Positions 58,416 through 64,000 of a DNA stretch of 64,000 bases are shown here, piece by piece. Under the pieces are notes generated by a model. That model worked only from the letters and a program-made list of their open reading frames with translations. It was not told the DNA's origin and did no database searches. The DNA is from Ruditapes philippinarum (Eukaryota), in NCBI RefSeq assembly GCF_026571515.1, contig NW_026855873.1, positions 62,001 through 126,000 on the forward strand. Reading direction: 5' to 3'. The first letter of the stretch is position 1. Each line of letters opens with the position of its first letter. The position numbers and the translations under genes were made by a program.

Positions 58416-58600
58416 TGTTAGCGGCTGTATAGCTCTGTCGGTAAAGACAGGTACAGTATTCCGAGGGTCGCAGGTTTGACTCCCAGTCAGGCTGCACATT
58501 TTTCTGTGACATTTGGTGTATGGTAGAGTGGCGGAACGTTATTCGGAGGGTCCCGGGTTCAAGTTCCGGTCAGGCTGCACATTTTTCTAGCCCTGTGACA
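58416..58600 (+). mobile_element. Miniature LTR-like element whose repeats contain tRNA-derived sequence (two decayed units)
   Basis: TGTTA..gcggctgtatagctc (A-box)..ggtttgactccc (B-box)..gtcaggctgcacattttt..GTGACA, then a PBS-like TTTGGTG, then a second partial unit ending GTGACA. A purine tract AGGGGAGA lies upstream. Confidence 0.55.
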
Positions 58601-59244
58601 TGTAGGATATTGAAACACAGGCATACTTTATTATTTCTGGCATCCACTTAACTAGATTCTATCCTTAACTAAATTTTATCCCTAAATTGTCTGTCCAAGC
58701 CAGTGTCCTACTGTCCATGTCCTATGTACACATTTCTAAATATTCTATCTGTGACTGAGGTAAATATTTTCCCGAGATTTGTGTACTAATTGATAAACTT
58801 GGGTGCAAATTTTTACATTTTCCCCCCTCACCTCGTTTTTCCAGAACAATTATTTTTATTGTGCAAAATGACCCAAGAATGAAAAGTGTTGAAATGCTTA
58901 TCACTCAAATCTGGCTAAGAATTGCACAAAAATTGATTTTCAATTCATTCTGGGTATATTTCTTGGTATCCTAAGCACAATGCCTGTTTTGGTGGTTTTG
59001 CAGCCTTGGGAAGTTTATCACTTATCTCTTTTTTGGTAAACAAACAAATTCATTCAAAGTTTGTTTACCCACCCAAACAATACTTTGCATGGACTAAATA
59101 ATTGATTTTTGGGCTGATTTCTCTTTTGATTTTATTGTTAATTTTATTTCATTTCTAAGATGTTTATTTTATTTTGTTTCTGAACAGAATGTAAATTGAC
59201 ACTGTTGTTTTGAGTCAGTCAAGAAAGCAGAAAGACTAGTCAAG

Positions 59245-62200
59245 ATGATGGCAACAATGGATTTAGGGGCCCAAGGGGTCACAGAAGAGGTACATGTATA
59301 GTTTAAACTTTGATGTATATTTAAAGAAATTCACTCCTTTTATTTTAATTAGAGAATAAAAAACAAACTCTCACTTTCTGCATAGTGAAAAGAACCAAGT
59401 GAAAGTGATCTCCTTTGCCACGTCATTTCTTATACATGTATTTATGTATTTAGCGAGAAAACATGTGTTACAAACACACTTGTGTGATCCTGTATCTCAT
59501 AGCTGTCTCTGGAGTCTGCTGAAGTAAGGACCCTACTGGAAATAAGTCACTTATTTATTAAATGCTTGCACTTTCATAGGTTATCCTTGACTGCCCAGTC
59601 TAAAGAAATTTAATTCAATTCAATTCAACTAGTATATGGATCTATACTTTGAAGCCTGAACCAATATTATTATAAATTTTAACACTATTTTAAGAATAAT
59701 GCATGCTTAATAAAATGTAATTTCTAGATATCAAAATACCTTTTCATTTGATATTTTGCAATTTTTTAAATAGAGAATAGGCCATTTTTGTGGAATATAT
59801 AGGATGTCGTTTTCATTGCAAAAAAAAAAAAAATCAAAACCAGGACCGAAATGTGCAGTTAGTGTACCTATCCCTTCCACTGAAAAGTCTTTGGATTGTA
59901 AAGGATTCAGCAGTTCTTGAATCATTCAGGGATTTGATTCTCTACTAAAATTTATCTTAAAAAGAGTTTACATTGTCAATATAGTCTGTCTGCATAGCTC
60001 AATAGAGAGAGCATTGTATTTGTAATCCGAGGCTCGCTGGTCCACTCCTCTCACTTCTAATATCTAAATCATGTGGTATCAGTAGTCAGTCACATGCAGA
60101 GAAACTGGTTATTACTGGTAATTAAGTTATCCGAGAAAGCCAGTTAGGTGGACCAACCACTGAGATATGCCTAAAAAAATTGTGTATTGAAATAGGTGTT
60201 AAAGTTTAGAACAACAAAGAAGAAAAAAATAATAAACTTTTCGAAAATGAAAGAAAACAGTGTCAAGAGCACAAACAAAGCAAGTCAACTAAGCCAAAGG
60301 CTCTAATTATTTGCAAAAGTCATATGTAAACAGTAAGTGGCACTGCAGTTTTAAAGTAATAAAACAATACATCAATGACTTACTTGTTTACAATATTTTG
60401 TCATAAAAACAGATAACCGAGTTGGCAGAGTATATAAAGGAGAGGATATGGCAGGATCCACTTGCTGCTGATCTTCAGTGGAGTTTATTCCTCGCTGCAT
60501 TGAAAAGTTACAGATTTGATTCAGTTTTACGTCCATTCCCACCAATGTTCATTGGTGAGGACGATGAGAAAGACTTGAAAGCACTGGTAAGTGATATTTT
60601 TTTGGCTTTTTATTATAGGCTCAAAAAAATTTCAGTGTAAAATATAGTGCACCTGGCCATCTGTCCATCTGTCTGTTTGCAAATTCGTGTACGCTCTATA
60701 TCTTTTTAACCAATTGAAGGATATCAAAACAACCAATTGAAGGAGATCAAAATTACTTGGCAAAAATATTAACCATAATAAGTCCATGTGCAGAGAGAGC
60801 ACAGATTCAAGCTTCCTCAGATCAAGGTTAAGGTCACACTTAGTCTCAATCAATCAAAATAAGTGATGTAATTTCAGTGGGCAAAATGTTTGTAGTTTTC
60901 AAAATGGAAATGTTTCTTTCAAAAAAAACCATCTCGCACCCATTATGATATTATTATATAAATATTTCTTGAATATTTTTCTTTGTAGGAAGCTTTGTTA
61001 TTTATATGTAGCATGTATATACCTGTATATTATATTTATAGCATTCAGTAGTGAATGATGTTCCAGCATTATCAAGACTGTCAAGAGAATGTTATAAACA
61101 ACCTACAAAGCTACTGGAATTGATAAAATGGGTTCTTGATGCAAGAGGTTTCACATTATCATCTGCTGGCAAAAATAAGGTGAATGATTTATAAGTTATT
61201 TATCATAAGTTTTAAGGACCATTTTAGCTAGCTCTTGATTGTCCACAATTCAAATCTTTGTTTATAAACATAGTACAGTCAAGCCTGTGAGTAAGGTCAT
61301 CCAAGTGAGAGACGATATATGGTCCTTATAGACAAGTGGCCTTTATTTGGAAATTACTCTGTTATATTTTTATCAATGAATGTTTGTCAGAGTGGTCTTT
61401 TTCAAAGGGTTGTCTTTTATTTTGAGGTGGTTTTTATCACAGATTTGACTGTATACTCCCTTATAGTGTAACCTCAGCTATAAAAAAACCTTATAGTCAT
61501 GTACAAAATATGCATTCCATATGTATCTACTGAAATTTAGATATAATTTCACAATGACATTGCTAAGGTTTGATTGTAACGTTTTGACTTTTCAGACAAA
61601 TGCCCTTCATTGTAATTTTTTTCATGCATGAGTAAGCATCTAGTTGAGTTAAACCATGAACCTTTTATAACCATTTCCCTGCTGAAGCTGACAGTGATTA
61701 GCTTTTGCCACTAGTATAGAGTCAAAATAAATGAACTAAACTTTGATAAATGAAAAGTTTCAAAATCAAAACAAATTATGACTTAAAGATGATTTCAACA
61801 AAATAAAGTTATTGTAGCATTATTATGTATGGTTACGACGATACCCTCTCTTTTGTGCAATCTTTATTCATGAAATTGATATGACATGGTTTGACTTGTC
61901 ATGGCTATTTACATGTTCATTTGTATTTCTATTATATTTCTATTTATACATGTTTTATCTGATTATGTATGTTTCATAATATTGCCATGTTGACTTCTTG
62001 TATATTGAAATAAATATAACATTTCAGTACGAGGAAATACGCAAGTTAACTGGTCAAACTGTTAAAGTACCAGAACCCAAATATATCTTTGAAGTGTCAC
62101 CAAGTGCCGCTGCAGACGAAAAATTCATACACCTACAAGGTGACCGAAGTTTATTGTATGCCTATCACGGTAGTCGTCTGGATAATTTCTACTCTATTCT

Positions 62201-63857
62201 GCAAAATGGTCTTGCCTCACATATGAACAAAGTAAGTTGTTGTCATGTAATACATTCAGCTGAAACGATTATAGTTTTACCTCTGCGGAGCTGCCCTTAT
62301 AGCACAATAGTTTAACCTTAGTGGATCTGCCCTTTGTAGAGCAATCAGGTCTTTTTAACAACAGAATCAATTCTTCCCAAAGTAAGACTTCACAAATATT
62401 TAAATTTCCTATAGCAACACCCCTCATTAGCAACCAAAGTCTTTGTTGCTCTGCAGAGGTGTTCTTTTTAAAAAAAAAACGTCATTGCTTCCACTGTCAG
62501 ATTCAACTTTCAGGTATGTATCAGTGCACACTATTCCGAACATTTCATACATGTTATATTTACTTTTAAAATCTATAAATACTGAAATAAATGTAAGTAC
62601 TTAGGTAAGTATTCTATTCTTGCAATTATTGAACAGTTTGTTGTAGGATATATAAAGGATATATAATTATGTCTTATTGCAAGGTCAGGTTAAAGTTCAT
62701 ATTTATTTTACTATAATTGCTTAAAATACTCAAAGGAAGCTTCTATACTCACTAAATGGATTTTTTCTATGGATATGACCCACTGTCATTAAATCTGTAT
62801 TTTTTGTGTGTATCCATTCGTTGTTAATACTTGGTCAGATATTGATTTGCAAATGATTTTGAAAACTCGAAATATTTTATATTCAAATTTGTAAATAAGT
62901 GACAATAATAATAAGCTACAAGCTATTTGTATAATTTGATGATATTATAGACATCAGTGTTTGGAGAGGGGACATATCTCTCCAGCGAGCTGTCTGTATC
63001 GATGATCTACAGCCCCGACGGTGTGGCCTGGGACCATTCTGAACTAGGAAACAGGTTGAGTTGTATTGCCATGTGTGAAATGATTGACGATTCTTCTGTA
63101 AAATGTCAGGACAAACGTAAGGAAATGATACAATAATAATAACACATTTCATCAATAAAAATAAACATTTTTAACAGTAATGGCAGCAAATGGTAACACA
63201 AAACTTTGTCAAAACTGTTAATTATCCTATTTTAAAGTAGACAATAATTGTTTTTATGTGCATAACATGCATAATATTTTAGCCATTTTGAGGGCCATTC
63301 TCAATATATTATGTGCTAAGAATAAGATGAATAATCTTGTACAATTTTGTCATCTTAATTGAAGCTGATTAAAACTGTTTAGTTAGTTTAGTGTAATAAT
63401 AATGGTTTCCGCATTTGAAAAGAAAACAATTTGACAATCTGTTTACTGTGCTCATTTTTGTATTTCTTTAGTTACATGAATATACATGTATATATAAATT
63501 TCAAAACTGACTGCCTGAATAATGAACAGTGCGGACCATGATCAGACAGCATAGAGATGCTGGCTGAACTTGGTCTGCACTGGTCCCCTTCCCGTGGGTA
63601 AATTCAGCTGCTGCAAGCAGACTAAGGGTTAAAGCATATCACTCTTGGGTTTTTTAAATAGTGATATTCTTTTTATTTATATCAGCATATGCAGATGACA
63701 TGAAACATGTTCCCAGTGGCACACCAGTGAGGTCTCGAGCCAATGCTGGTCCTAGTGTAGGGGGCGATGTGCCAGAGAAATATTATGTTGTACAAAATAA
63801 TGAGGTCATACGGGTCAAATACCTTCTTGTCTATGCAAACAAAACTACATCACATAT
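59245..63857 (+). CDS. PARP16: Mono-ADP-ribosyltransferase PARP16 (partial; C-terminal membrane-anchor exon(s) beyond the right edge)
   Basis: Exons 59245-59289 (least certain), 60413-60586, 61042-61179, 62028-62231, 62951-63116, 63686-63857. Motifs: [78 protein letters not shown] (H-Y-Y triad of PARP16). Confidence 0.93.
61276..61451. mobile_element. Short Tc1/mariner-like MITE in a PARP16 intron
   Basis: TA|CAGTCAAGCCTGTG...CACAGATTTGACTG|TA. Confidence 0.7.
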
Positions 63858-64000
63858 GTAAGTATGGTTTTGAGATAGCCTGCATTTCTAGCTTGACTAT
63901 TCAAATAATAACAATAGCTATTGAGCCCGCCTAGGTGTGGACTTCAAACTTTGGTTCAGTGTATGTGTGTAAGTTGATATCTTAAAAACTACTTTAGGGA

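Noticed and set aside
58421-58495. Functional tRNA gene
   Set aside because: The cloverleaf is degenerate, the B-box is altered and it is embedded in a duplicated LTR-like unit.

Overview
AT-rich, intron-rich animal genomic DNA, most likely from a bivalve mollusc. The RING-less B-box/coiled-coil/beta-propeller gene and the satellite-bearing Helentron-type repeats are typical of clams; the species assignment is inference. Six protein-coding genes could be reconstructed by hand from GT-AG boundaries and phase continuity. (1) The 5' part of HERC1 lies on the minus strand (16 coding exons, 25718->11129) and continues off the left edge. (2) A single-coding-exon TRIM-like B-box gene (3203-4978, +) is apparently nested antisense in a >11 kb HERC1 intron. 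(3) PSMA4 (+) lies head-to-head with HERC1. (4) An unrecognised secreted, low-complexity, charge-segregated protein lies on the minus strand (45213->41720), with Arg-rich octapeptide repeats followed by Asp/Val/Pro 30-aa repeats. (5) PRRC1 (+) is complete. (6) PARP16 (+) runs off the right edge. Introns and intergenic DNA are full of non-autonomous elements: piggyBac-, TcMar-, P-, hAT- and Zator-like MITEs, Helentron/HINE-like elements with internal satellites, LINE and SINE remnants, and a tRNA-bearing mini-LTR element. The most notable observations are the diblock polyampholyte protein (with two candidate leader exons), an intact minimal hammerhead ribozyme in a PSMA4 intron, a 5-monomer higher-order repeat inside a transposon-borne satellite, and a divergent promoter split by two Zator-like insertions. 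All calls come from reading the sequence; no database search was run.
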